Assembly (NCBI GenBank): GCA_001772615.1
Contig: MEUZ01000001.1
Span: 189,483-253,482 of the forward strand
Direction of reading: 5' to 3'
DNA: 64,000 nucleotides
Source: a candidate division WWE3 bacterium RIFCSPHIGHO2_01_FULL_40_23
Lineage (GTDB): Bacteria > Patescibacteriota > WWE3 > UBA101185 > 2-01-FULL-41-18
The notes under the pieces are model-generated. The model was not told where the DNA came from and ran no database searches. It saw only the letters and a list, made by a program, of their open reading frames with translations. Positions within the stretch are counted from its first letter, which is position 1; every line of letters starts with the position of its first letter. Of this stretch, positions 37,784 to 46,624 are shown piece by piece. A program made the translations under genes and the position numbers.

Positions 37784-40700
37784 ATGAAAGAAAAACAACA
37801 AACGATTATTAAAAAATCTGCTCTTGCCCCTACGGTGATTGTTTCAGGAGGCGGGGGTTTTATAGGCTCTCACCTTGTTGAAGCCCTCCTCATAAAAGAT
37901 GCGAGAGTTGTCGTTCTTGATAACTTTTCAACAGGCAAAAGATCGTATCTTTCAGGGGTAATGGAAAACCCCAAATTCACTTTAATTGAATGTGACATTA
38001 ATGACGGGATCCCAAAAGGCGTGGAGTCAGCCGATTATGTAATTCATCTTGCTGCGTCCGAAAGTTATATTTATGGAGACGAAAACATTACCCTTGATTC
38101 CCTTTTAACAAACGCGATCGGAACTAAAAACCTTCTTGATCTTTCCAAGAAGTCTTCTTCAAAGTTTCTGCTGGCGTCAACCATAGATATATATCAGGGT
38201 TTAATCTCTTCTCTTGATATAGCCCACTACTTCGGTCAGACGGAGACCGAGGAAAAAAGGTTTTCATACTCCGAAGCCAAAAGATTTGCCGAAGCTTTGG
38301 TATGGGAGTATTACAAAAAGTTTAACCTTAACTCAAGGATAGTGAGGCTTCCCGAGGTTTATGGTCCAAGGATGGACTTCTCTTCTGGAAGTGAGCTTGG
38401 AAGACTTGTTAACCTTTTATTAAACAGAGAAAACCTAGTTGTTTATGGCGATGGGCTTGAAAAAAATTATTACCTGTATATTACGGATACCGTTTCAGGC
38501 ATAATCAAAGCCTTATTTAATGAAGACTCCGAAGGGAAAATCTACACTCTTTCAGGAAGTGACTCGGTTACAACAATTGAGCTCACTTACCTTCTAAAAA
38601 ATCTTTCCCAAGGCCATACGGAAGTAGTATTTAAAAACGCTTCCGATAAAAACAAGCCAAAAGAAGTTAAAATCTCCCCGACTGACAACCTAAACTGGGT
38701 CTCAAAAGTAAGTCTGAAGGAGGGGGTGACAAAAACTTTAAGATGGTACGGGTACGATTTTGAAGGCGGCAGTTTTAAACCTCCTAAATTTGTGGCTAAA
38801 GAGGAAAGGGAAGGAATAACAACTATAAAACCGGAAACTTTTTTGGGAGCCGCGCCCGAAGCTCCAAAGGCGCCGGCGCCTCCTCCTCAAACCCCTGTAA
38901 AACCAAGCGTTACCTTTGCCCCCAAAGCAGAAGTTGAATCAGAAAAGCCTAAAAGAACCTTTGACAAAATAAAGTCAAAACCTCTCACCATTCCCCTTAT
39001 CGGTGCAGCTTTCTCAATTTTTCTTGCTCTTCTTTTGTTTGCAGTTATACCCATCCTTAAAACTTTGTATTTTGCAAACAAGGGTTACTCCCACCTTAAT
39101 GCGGCTACGGAAAATCTGGAAAAATTGTCGCTTTCCGAGGCGCAGCAAAACGGCTCCAAGGCCTTGGCAAGTTTTACAAGCGCTCATAACAGCCTAAATA
39201 ATCTCGGCTGGCTGTTTATTCTTTTAAAAGAGGATGCAAGATTTAGAAACTATTCAAAACTGTTAAAAATAGCAGAATACTCATCTTCAGCCGCAACAAA
39301 TACCTCAATCGGCGCAAAACCTCTAACCGAAATTTGGGATAATCTAAAACCGAATTCAAAATCGGGGGTGAGCGAGGCGGCCATCAGAAAATCTGTAGTA
39401 AGCTTTAAAAGTGCGAGGGAAGATCTTGAAAGGGCGGAGGGAGAGATTAAAGAATTAAATGTAAAAACTTTACCCAAAAAATATGTTTCAAAAATAAACG
39501 AGGTTTCCGAAAAAATCCCGCATGCAAAAGAGGCTCTATCAACTGTTGAAGCTGTAGCCTACACACTTCCTAAACTCCTCGGAGTAAACGGGAGTAAAAA
39601 GTATTTAATTCTTTTTGAAAACCCCAATGAATTAAGGGCTACCGGAGGCTTCATAGGCTCATACGCCGTGGTAGAAATTGAAAACGGCAAAATTAAAGAA
39701 ATCACCATTGATGACATCTACAACATAGACGGGCTTTTAGACCTTAATAATTTTAAAACCCCTTCTTATGATCCGATTAAAAAATATGCAAAGCAGGATT
39801 ATTTAAGAATTAGAGACGCAAACTGGAACCCGTCATTTCCCGAATCGGCAAATACTATTTTAAAGCTGTTTGAAGCGGCAAACGGGGTTAAGTTTAACGG
39901 AGTTGTAGCAATTGACACATACCTTACGGAAGGTCTTCTTAAAGCCACGGGACCTATCTTTCTTACGGCATATAATGAAGAGATAAAAGCGGAAAATCTA
40001 TATGAAAAAGCACAATATTACTCCGAAGCATCTTACATAGAAGGGTCCCAGCAGAAAAAAGCCTTTTTAACCGTTCTTGGAAGTAAGCTTTTAGAAACTA
40101 TCTTTTCACTCCCTGATGAGAAGATCTCCGAAGTTGCAAAAGAGATATTTTCAAACCTTGACCAAAAGCATATCCTGGTTTTTCTTCCAAACAGCGAGCT
40201 TTCCCCAATCATAGCCGAGAAAGGATGGGATGGGACAGTAAGTGCAACAAAAACCGATTATATTTTTATAGTGGACTCAAACGTTGGGGCAAATAAAGCC
40301 AATTATCTTATTGAAGAATCGGCAAAATATGAAATCAAAAATACCTATAGGGACGGCTCCCTTGAAGTAAATCTTACAATTTCATACAAACACCTTGGGA
40401 AAGATTTGACCTGGCCAGGAGGCCCCTACACGGATTATCTAAGAGTTCTTGTTCCAAAAGAGAGCTTTTTACATAAAGCTTCGCGAACGGATACGGGCAG
40501 ATCAGAAACGGATATAACAAAAGCCGTAGTTACCTCCGAGGAATCAGGGAAAAGAACATTTGAGGTCCCTTTCATATTAAACCCGCGTGAAGGAACCGAA
40601 ATTAACTTTAATTACACACTCCCTTCCTCAATCTCGGTAGGGAAAGGCGAGAAGGTCTATTCACTTTACTGGCAGAAGCAGCCAGGTACCAAAGGAATGC

Positions 40701-40837
40701 CGATTTCAATTATTTTTAACACTCCTTTTGGAAAAGAAGTCGTTGAAACCAACCCGCCATTTACAAAAGAAAGGGACACCTACAAATTTTCAACCAGCCT
40801 TGCAAAAGACCTCAAGGCCACTATAAGAACAAAATAG
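37784..40837 (+). CDS. Fusion protein: NAD-dependent sugar epimerase/dehydratase (about 330 aa) + linker + TM + about 600-aa extracytoplasmic domain
   Basis: N-terminal VSGGGGFIGSHLVEALL Rossmann motif with a YxxxK region. Pro-rich linker (APEAPKAPAPPPQTP), one TM helix, then a long domain without a recognised catalytic motif (DUF4012-like from memory, unverified). Confidence 0.7.
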   Translation: MKEKQQTIIKKSALAPTVIVSGGGGFIGSHLVEALLIKDARVVVLDNFSTGKRSYLSGVMENPKFTLIECDINDGIPKGVESADYVIHLAASESYIYGDENITLDSLLTNAIGTKNLLDLSKKSSSKFLLASTIDIYQGLISSLDIAHYFGQTETEEKRFSYSEAKRFAEALVWEYYKKFNLNSRIVRLPEVYGPRMDFSSGSELGRLVNLLLNRENLVVYGDGLEKNYYLYITDTVSGIIKALFNEDSEGKIYTLSGSDSVTTIELTYLLKNLSQGHTEVVFKNASDKNKPKEVKISPTDNLNWVSKVSLKEGVTKTLRWYGYDFEGGSFKPPKFVAKEEREGITTIKPETFLGAAPEAPKAPAPPPQTPVKPSVTFAPKAEVESEKPKRTFDKIKSKPLTIPLIGAAFSIFLALLLFAVIPILKTLYFANKGYSHLNAATENLEKLSLSEAQQNGSKALASFTSAHNSLNNLGWLFILLKEDARFRNYSKLLKIAEYSSSAATNTSIGAKPLTEIWDNLKPNSKSGVSEAAIRKSVVSFKSAREDLERAEGEIKELNVKTLPKKYVSKINEVSEKIPHAKEALSTVEAVAYTLPKLLGVNGSKKYLILFENPNELRATGGFIGSYAVVEIENGKIKEITIDDIYNIDGLLDLNNFKTPSYDPIKKYAKQDYLRIRDANWNPSFPESANTILKLFEAANGVKFNGVVAIDTYLTEGLLKATGPIFLTAYNEEIKAENLYEKAQYYSEASYIEGSQQKKAFLTVLGSKLLETIFSLPDEKISEVAKEIFSNLDQKHILVFLPNSELSPIIAEKGWDGTVSATKTDYIFIVDSNVGANKANYLIEESAKYEIKNTYRDGSLEVNLTISYKHLGKDLTWPGGPYTDYLRVLVPKESFLHKASRTDTGRSETDITKAVVTSEESGKRTFEVPFILNPREGTEINFNYTLPSSISVGKGEKVYSLYWQKQPGTKGMPISIIFNTPFGKEVVETNPPFTKERDTYKFSTSLAKDLKATIRTK

Positions 40838-40839
40838 CA

Positions 40840-40914
40840 TTGTCATCCCGGGGCTTGACCCGGGATCTCTACAGAAGATCCGATGGGATCCCCGCTTTCG
40901 CGGGGATGACATCC
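40840..40914. repeat. Structured palindromic element, copy H
   Basis: TTGTCATCCCGGGGCTTGACCCGGGATC…GGATCCCCGCTTTCGCGGGGATGACATCC. Confidence 0.75.
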
Positions 40915-40993
40915 ACTCAGAAGATTCTAAGGTAGTTTCTTCAGCCCACGTCAATTGACACTACGGGTTTTCTTAAATAGAATACCCTAGCAA

Positions 40994-41371
40994 GTGGATA
41001 AGAAAACCATTAAAGAACACTTAATCAAAACTTTCTGTTACAAATGCGGTTCAAGTCTTGACGGGGCAAACATCGTGCCCATATCGGAGGCTTCAGTAGC
41101 CGTTACGGCGCATGTAACTTGCCCAAACTGCAAAGCCGAAAGCATGATTACGATCACACTCGGGGGAAGCGGGGCGCAACCGATCACAACGGACCTTACC
41201 CCAGAAGAATTAAAGTCATTTTTCGGACAGAAAGAGATTACAGCAGATGATCTTATTGAACTCCACCTGCTTATTAAAAAAGGACAAGTATGGAGCTTAC
41301 TGCAAAAAAACGAACAGAACTTGGTAAAAAAAGCAAAAAAATCAGAAAAGAAGGAAAACTCCCCGCAGTAG
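40994..41371 (+). CDS. Small zinc-ribbon protein (hypothetical)
   Basis: GTG start; CYKCG…CPNC. The 3' end overlaps the rplY start by 82 nt. Confidence 0.35.
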   Translation: MDKKTIKEHLIKTFCYKCGSSLDGANIVPISEASVAVTAHVTCPNCKAESMITITLGGSGAQPITTDLTPEELKSFFGQKEITADDLIELHLLIKKGQVWSLLQKNEQNLVKKAKKSEKKENSPQ

Positions 41372-41985
41372 TCTTTGCAAAAGACACCCCGTCCATTCCT
41401 CTTACAGTTGATTATCTAAAATTTGAAAGGATTTATACAGCTTCAGGGGAGTCCACCTTAATTGACCTCTCAATAGATAATGAGAAGCCTTTTAAAGTCC
41501 TTGTATCTGAAGTTTCATATCATCCAGTTACCGACAAAATAAACCATGTAAATTTCCACAAAGTAAACCTTAAAGAAAAGATCAGCGCTACGGTCCCTAT
41601 AGAGATAGTAGGGGAGTCTCCGATAGTAAAGGCCGGGGAGGGTATTCTTTTAACATTAATACATGAGATTACGGTTGAATCCCTACCAACCGACCTTCCT
41701 CATGATATTAAAGTTGATGTCTCTGGCTTATTGGAGATAGGGCAGGGGATTCATATTAAAGACCTTCCTGTTGATCTTTCCAAAGTTGAGATTTTAGACC
41801 AGGACCCTCTTGACCTTGTCGTAAAGATTGATTATGCGGAAATGAAAGAAGAGGTAGTTGAAGCGCCCGTAACGGAAGAAGAGCTTGTTGCAAAGGTTGA
41901 AGCTACTGAACAGCTTACAGAAGAAGAGAAAGCCACAAGAGAGAAAGAAAAGAAGGAAGTTAAGGAAAAAGAAGAAAAAGAATAA
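41290..41985 (+). CDS. rplY: 50S ribosomal protein L25 / general stress protein Ctc
   Basis: MELTAKKRTELGKKSKKIRKEGKLPAVVF…; long Ctc-type C-terminal extension with an acidic/lysine-rich tail. Confidence 0.88.
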   Translation: MELTAKKRTELGKKSKKIRKEGKLPAVVFAKDTPSIPLTVDYLKFERIYTASGESTLIDLSIDNEKPFKVLVSEVSYHPVTDKINHVNFHKVNLKEKISATVPIEIVGESPIVKAGEGILLTLIHEITVESLPTDLPHDIKVDVSGLLEIGQGIHIKDLPVDLSKVEILDQDPLDLVVKIDYAEMKEEVVEAPVTEEELVAKVEATEQLTEEEKATREKEKKEVKEKEEKE

Positions 41986-41998
41986 ACCTAAAGAAAAA

Positions 41999-42031
41999 CC
42001 GGCCGAATCTTTATATTTCAGACCCGGCCGG
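41999..42031 (-). terminator. Terminator hairpin (T-run on the minus strand)
   Basis: CCGGCCG…CGGCCGG stem; on the minus strand it is followed by GTTTTTCTTT. Confidence 0.5.
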
Positions 42032-42039
42032 GGAAACTG

Positions 42040-42663
42040 CTAGATAAGAAGTGGCAGGAAGTACGTTATTGAAACCCCAATCACCCCGTTGACAACCGCA
42101 TAAAGTATCAGCACAGCAAATGAGGCCGCGCGCAGGTTCTCATCGGAACTTGACAGTCTGAAGTACCTGAAGATAAACGCCCAGCTGCAAGCAAAAACGG
42201 AAGCAAAGAGGGCGGACATCAGGTATGTTCCCAGGCCAAAGTCAAAAAGCGGCGGTCCCGCAGGTTTAGACACGACCCTGTAAGATGAGCTGTCCGGGAC
42301 AAAGTACGGCAGCAGGGCCACACCTCTTATAAGTGCAGCCAGTGCAAAGAGCCTCATACCCCAAATGAGCCATTCCCACCTTGGAATAAGCCTCTTTAGA
42401 GCCTTGCCCCAGTCAACCCCTTCCACCAGCTTCTTCTCCAAGGGCTTATGAAAAAGCCCGACGAAAATGAGAAGCAACCCTGAAGCAAGCGAAAGGTACG
42501 AAAGGTACCCTCCCGTGCCAAACACGAGAAGCATCAGGTGGGAAAGAAGCAGGCCGAAACCCGCGGTTGCCGCCACAGCGGGAACGCCGTGCTTCTCGTA
42601 AAAACCTCCCACTTTCAGAAGAAGCCCCCAAAGTTCGGCCAATAAGCTCTTAAGAGTTGTCAT
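42040..42663 (-). CDS. Hypothetical polytopic membrane protein
   Basis: Start at MTTLKSLLAE (42663) with AAGGAG upstream; six TM helices. Confidence 0.5.
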   Translation of the reverse strand: MTTLKSLLAELWGLLLKVGGFYEKHGVPAVAATAGFGLLLSHLMLLVFGTGGYLSYLSLASGLLLIFVGLFHKPLEKKLVEGVDWGKALKRLIPRWEWLIWGMRLFALAALIRGVALLPYFVPDSSSYRVVSKPAGPPLFDFGLGTYLMSALFASVFACSWAFIFRYFRLSSSDENLRAASFAVLILYAVVNGVIGVSITYFLPLLI

Positions 42664-42738
42664 CTCTAATCTCCTTTTTTCTCTTTTTGATGAAGGTAAA
42701 CCTAACAACGTAAATTGTCAAATGGAATAGCCAAATTG

Positions 42739-42777
42739 TGTTGTCATTCCCGCGCCTGCCCGCCTCTGGCGGGAATC
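42739..42777. repeat. Partial palindromic element, copy I (TGTCATTCCCGCGCCTGCCCGCCTCTGGCGGGAATC)
   Basis: Between the valS stop and the downstream gene. Confidence 0.55.
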
Positions 42778-42783
42778 TCGTTA

Positions 42784-44937
42784 CTAATCTTGTCTATCCG
42801 GCCAGAGGGAAACAATTAGTGGAGTCTTTTCATTCACAAACACCTTTTCCCAAATCTCTTCTGTGACAAAAGGGATAAAGGGATGAAGAAGTTTAATACA
42901 ATCCTTATAAACTTCTAGAAGAACGGGAATAAAAACTTCATAATCTTTTCTGTCTTTAACACTCTCAATGTATTTATCCGCAAATTCATGCCACACAAAT
43001 TGATAAACAGCCTCCAAAGAATCGGATAACCTGAATTTTTTCAAAGATTTAGAAGCGTCGTTTACAAGACGAATCTTCTTCTTAAGAATCTCCTGATCTT
43101 CTTTCTTTAGTGCCTTCGGATCAGCGCGCTCGTTCAGAATTGCCTCGTCACCAAATTCCTCAACTTTGCCAAGAATAAATCTGCCTATATTCCAAAGCTT
43201 GTTCGCGAAATTCCTTGCCGCAATGAATTTAGGCTCCTGCAAGGACTGGTCGCTTCCCGCGGGATTTCCCATAACAAGACCCATTCTCACACCATCTGCC
43301 CCGTACTTATCCAAAAGATCCATCGGGTCTACAACGTTATTCTTGGATTTACTCATCTTCTGGCCCTTGGGGTCACGAACCAGACCATGAAGGTAAACGA
43401 TTTCAAAAGGAATTTTTCCTGTTACGTAAACGCCAAGCATTATCATTCTCGCAACCCAGAAGAAGATTATTTCGTAGGCGGTTTCCATTACAGACGTAGG
43501 GTAAAAATATTTGTAATCCGGATGGTTGGGGTAACCCAAGGTTGAAAAAGGCCACTGGCCGGAGGAGAACCACGTGTCAAATGTATCAGAATCCTGCACT
43601 AAATTACTTGACCCACACTTGCACTTAACAGGAGCTTCGCCATCTGTTACCACCCACGAACCGCAATCCTTGCATTCCCAAGCGGGTATCCTCATACCCC
43701 AAACAATTTGTCTTGATATATTCCAATCTTTAATGTTAGTAAGCCATCTAAGAATTACCTTTTCAAACCTTTTAGGCACTATCTTTATTTCACCGTTTTT
43801 TACTTTCTCCACCGCAACTTTAGATAAAGATTTTTTGGTGTCGTTCATCCTGATGTACCATTGTGGCAAAGGCAAAGGCTCCAAAATTGTCCCGCATTTA
43901 TAACACAAAGAAACAGCATGTTTATATGGCTCTTCTTTCTTAAAAAGTCCCTTCTCTTTAAGGTAAGAAAGTACTTTTTCCCGCGCCGGAAGTACTTTTA
44001 ATCCCTCAAACTGCCCCGCTTCCTTGGTAAGCTTTCCGTCAAAACCGATTACCTGAATTAATGGCAGTTTATGTTTTTTACAAACATCAAAGTCATTCTC
44101 ATCATGAGCTGAAGTAAGTTTTACAACCCCTGTGCCAAAATCCATTTTTACAAACCCATCCGCCACAATTGGGAGAGAGCTTCCATTTACGGGGTTAGTA
44201 GCAATCTTCCCTATATACTTTTTATACCTCTTATCTTTAGGATGAACGGCTACACCTATATCTCCGGGTATTGTCTCGGGCCTTGCAGTTGCAATAATAA
44301 GACTCTCTTCTCCCTTTACGGGAAACTCTATGTAATACAAGAACCCATCTCTTTCCTCATGCTCCACCTCAAGATCCGAAAACCCCGTTCCGTGCTTGGT
44401 GCAGTAATTTACTAATCTCGCATCCCTGTACAAAAGCCCATCATCATAAAGTCTTTTAAAAGTTTTGTAGGTGGTTTTTACAATGTCAGGATCAAGAGTG
44501 AATTTTTCACGGCTGAAGTCAAGGGAGTAGCCAAGCCTCTTTAACTGATTCTCCATAGTGGATTTATTTTTCTGCACAAAGTCCCAGATGTTTTGATACA
44601 AAGTCTCGCGGTCATAATCAAACCTGCTTTTGCCTTCCTTTGATAACTCTTTTTCATAAACCACTTGCGTTTCAAAACCTGCATGATCAGCGCCAGGGAG
44701 CCAAAGGGTAGGGTCCCCGAGCATCCTATGCCATCTTATTAAGGTGTCCTCAACGGTGTACATGGCATGCCCTAAATGCAGCGGCGCGTTGGCGTTTGGA
44801 GGGGGGAGAATAATAGTGAAGGGCTTTTTCTTAGTATTGATTTTAGGAGCAAAGTAGCCCCCCTTCTCCCACATTTTATAGATCCTATCTTCAACATCCT
44901 TGGGGTTATAAGTTTTCTCCATTTTGGCTTCTTTCAT
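42784..44937 (-). CDS. valS: Valine--tRNA ligase (short form lacking the C-terminal coiled coil)
   Basis: PPPNANAPLHLGHA (HIGH motif), DWNISRQIVWGMRIP, and KMSKS. 717 aa. Confidence 0.9.
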   Translation of the reverse strand: MKEAKMEKTYNPKDVEDRIYKMWEKGGYFAPKINTKKKPFTIILPPPNANAPLHLGHAMYTVEDTLIRWHRMLGDPTLWLPGADHAGFETQVVYEKELSKEGKSRFDYDRETLYQNIWDFVQKNKSTMENQLKRLGYSLDFSREKFTLDPDIVKTTYKTFKRLYDDGLLYRDARLVNYCTKHGTGFSDLEVEHEERDGFLYYIEFPVKGEESLIIATARPETIPGDIGVAVHPKDKRYKKYIGKIATNPVNGSSLPIVADGFVKMDFGTGVVKLTSAHDENDFDVCKKHKLPLIQVIGFDGKLTKEAGQFEGLKVLPAREKVLSYLKEKGLFKKEEPYKHAVSLCYKCGTILEPLPLPQWYIRMNDTKKSLSKVAVEKVKNGEIKIVPKRFEKVILRWLTNIKDWNISRQIVWGMRIPAWECKDCGSWVVTDGEAPVKCKCGSSNLVQDSDTFDTWFSSGQWPFSTLGYPNHPDYKYFYPTSVMETAYEIIFFWVARMIMLGVYVTGKIPFEIVYLHGLVRDPKGQKMSKSKNNVVDPMDLLDKYGADGVRMGLVMGNPAGSDQSLQEPKFIAARNFANKLWNIGRFILGKVEEFGDEAILNERADPKALKKEDQEILKKKIRLVNDASKSLKKFRLSDSLEAVYQFVWHEFADKYIESVKDRKDYEVFIPVLLEVYKDCIKLLHPFIPFVTEEIWEKVFVNEKTPLIVSLWPDRQD

Positions 44938-44940
44938 AAA

Positions 44941-45192
44941 CTACTCCACAATTTCTCCATCAATTATATTATCGCCCTTGTCATCCCGTGCTTGACCCAG
45001 GATCTCTGTTTTTATCCTTTCTTCTTTGGCATGCGACAAAAATCTAATTAAAAGCGCTAGAAGCAGGGCGGCTATGTCATCCCCATAACCCAAAATAGGG
45101 ACAAAATCCGGTATAAAATCAAGAGGAAACAAAACATAAAGTATCGCAAGAATTAGCATCCAATTGTCTTTTATAAATCTTTTCAGGTTCAT
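44941..45192 (-). CDS. DUF1232 (YkvA-like) small membrane protein; C-terminal tail encoded by a palindromic element
   Basis: DFIPDFVPILGYGDD signature. The C-terminal …EILGQARDDK is the translation of element copy J. Confidence 0.55.
   Translation of the reverse strand: MNLKRFIKDNWMLILAILYVLFPLDFIPDFVPILGYGDDIAALLLALLIRFLSHAKEERIKTEILGQARDDKGDNIIDGEIVE
44977..45008. repeat. Degenerate palindromic element, copy J, inside a CDS
   Basis: CTTGTCATCCCGTGCTTGACCCAGGATCTCTG. Confidence 0.5.
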
Positions 45193-45199
45193 AACTTTG

Positions 45200-45476
45200 C
45201 CTTAAAAAAACCGTTCTTTAAACACAAAACTCTCTTGCGATTAAAGAACGGCCTTTTAAGTCCGCGCTCATGAAGCAGAGCAAAGCTCACTCCATGGCCA
45301 TGAAGTCAAGTGAAGCTTGTACTTCACGGTACCATCTTTATTCCCCCGAAGTAGAGTAAACTCACTTCAGGACTTAATTTACAGCTATTACGGGCATTCC
45401 CGAAGGGTTCTAATTTCATTAAGATTTCTTCTCTTAGCTTCATCCGGCGACATTACTTCGGACTCAACCGCTTTTT
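45200..45476 (+). ncRNA. rnpB: Candidate RNase P RNA (rnpB), reduced bacterial type; boundaries approximate
   Basis: About 330-bp gap with no ORF. P3-like hairpin CCGTTCTTTAA…TTAAAGAACGG directly followed by AAGTCCGCGCTCATGAAGCAGAGCAAAG (compare E. coli AAGUCCGGGCUCCAUAGGGCAG…AGAGCAAA). Internal GTAAACTCAC (compare GGUAAACUCCACC). 3' element ACATTACTTCGGACTC can pair with AAGTCCG (P4). Confidence 0.55.
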
Positions 45477-45519
45477 AAACTATAAACCATAATACCAAAT
45501 ATACTGATAAAATAAAAAC

Positions 45520-45975
45520 ATGAATCCAGCTGTGGCACTTATTTTTCTTGGCCTATACGCTTTTACCGTCGGGGTTATAGGAGGGATTATAATAACAACC
45601 CTGGTTAAAACCTTCGGGTACTATATATCTTTAAAAAAAGCCATATTAATAATGTCCCTTTATTATTTTTTATGCCTGATTTTTCGTGTAATCTTTGTTA
45701 CCTACGTCAATTTTACAGGACCGGGCTACCCGATACCCCCCGAAGACGCGGCGGTATACCCGCTCTTATTTTTTATCCTCCCGATAACATCGATACTTGA
45801 AGTTGTACTAATAACAACAATACTTAACCTGAGTAAAGAAAGAATTCCTGTAATCAAGGGTCTGGTTATAGGACTGGTCACAGCCTTGACTCTGGCCGTC
45901 ATAAATTACGGCGGTTTTATCTTACTCTTCTTTAAAATATTTTTTGGGGAAACGGACGGGGGAAGAGGGGGATAA
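45520..45975 (+). CDS. Hypothetical membrane protein (151 aa)
   Basis: Four TM segments. Confidence 0.45.
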   Translation: MNPAVALIFLGLYAFTVGVIGGIIITTLVKTFGYYISLKKAILIMSLYYFLCLIFRVIFVTYVNFTGPGYPIPPEDAAVYPLLFFILPITSILEVVLITTILNLSKERIPVIKGLVIGLVTALTLAVINYGGFILLFFKIFFGETDGGRGG

Positions 45976-46121
45976 AACAAGAAACGGTCTGTGAACTAAC
46001 CTAGCTATTCAGAGATTTTAAATGAGGAGAGGACTTCTTTTACAAAAGCGACCTTATTATTGAGATCCTGTTCCGTAGTTAAGCTCCTAAAAGACCATAC
46101 ATTTTTACCAGCGTTATATCC

Positions 46122-46598
46122 TCACGTTATTTCAATATCCAAAGAAGAGTTATATAAGGGGCTGTCTTTATCTTCCACATTAACTCGATATACCTCTAAA
46201 GCTACCTGTTCTTTATTACCTAAAGCTGCCGTTTCCTTTTTCAGAAGCGTCCTTTCTCCCCCAAACCCAACGCCTTGCTCGGGCAATTTTTGGATTGACA
46301 ACTCCGGTGTTGGAAAGTCTATATTTTTATTCTCATATTTTTTTGCGATAAGCTGTACTCCATTTTCTAATTCTTTGGGAAAGACTGTGTCTGGATAGGT
46401 AACTTCAAAATTAAGCTTAGAGTGTTTGAACGTATTTCCGGAAGAACTCTCCGCATCTTCTGCTGTATTAGTAGATAAAGGCGGTTCGGCTGTCCTTGTT
46501 TTTAATACCAAAGAAGTGCCCAAAACGGATACAAGGGCTACAACAATTATTAAAAGGAGAACATTGCTGCTTCCGTTTGTCCTGAATTGGTTGTGCAT
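46122..46598 (-). CDS. Secreted hypothetical protein (158 aa)
   Basis: N-terminal TM or signal; no motif. Confidence 0.45.
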   Translation of the reverse strand: MHNQFRTNGSSNVLLLIIVVALVSVLGTSLVLKTRTAEPPLSTNTAEDAESSSGNTFKHSKLNFEVTYPDTVFPKELENGVQLIAKKYENKNIDFPTPELSIQKLPEQGVGFGGERTLLKKETAALGNKEQVALEVYRVNVEDKDSPLYNSSLDIEIT

Positions 46599-46624
46599 TA
46601 ATATAGCATATTACAAAATAATCA

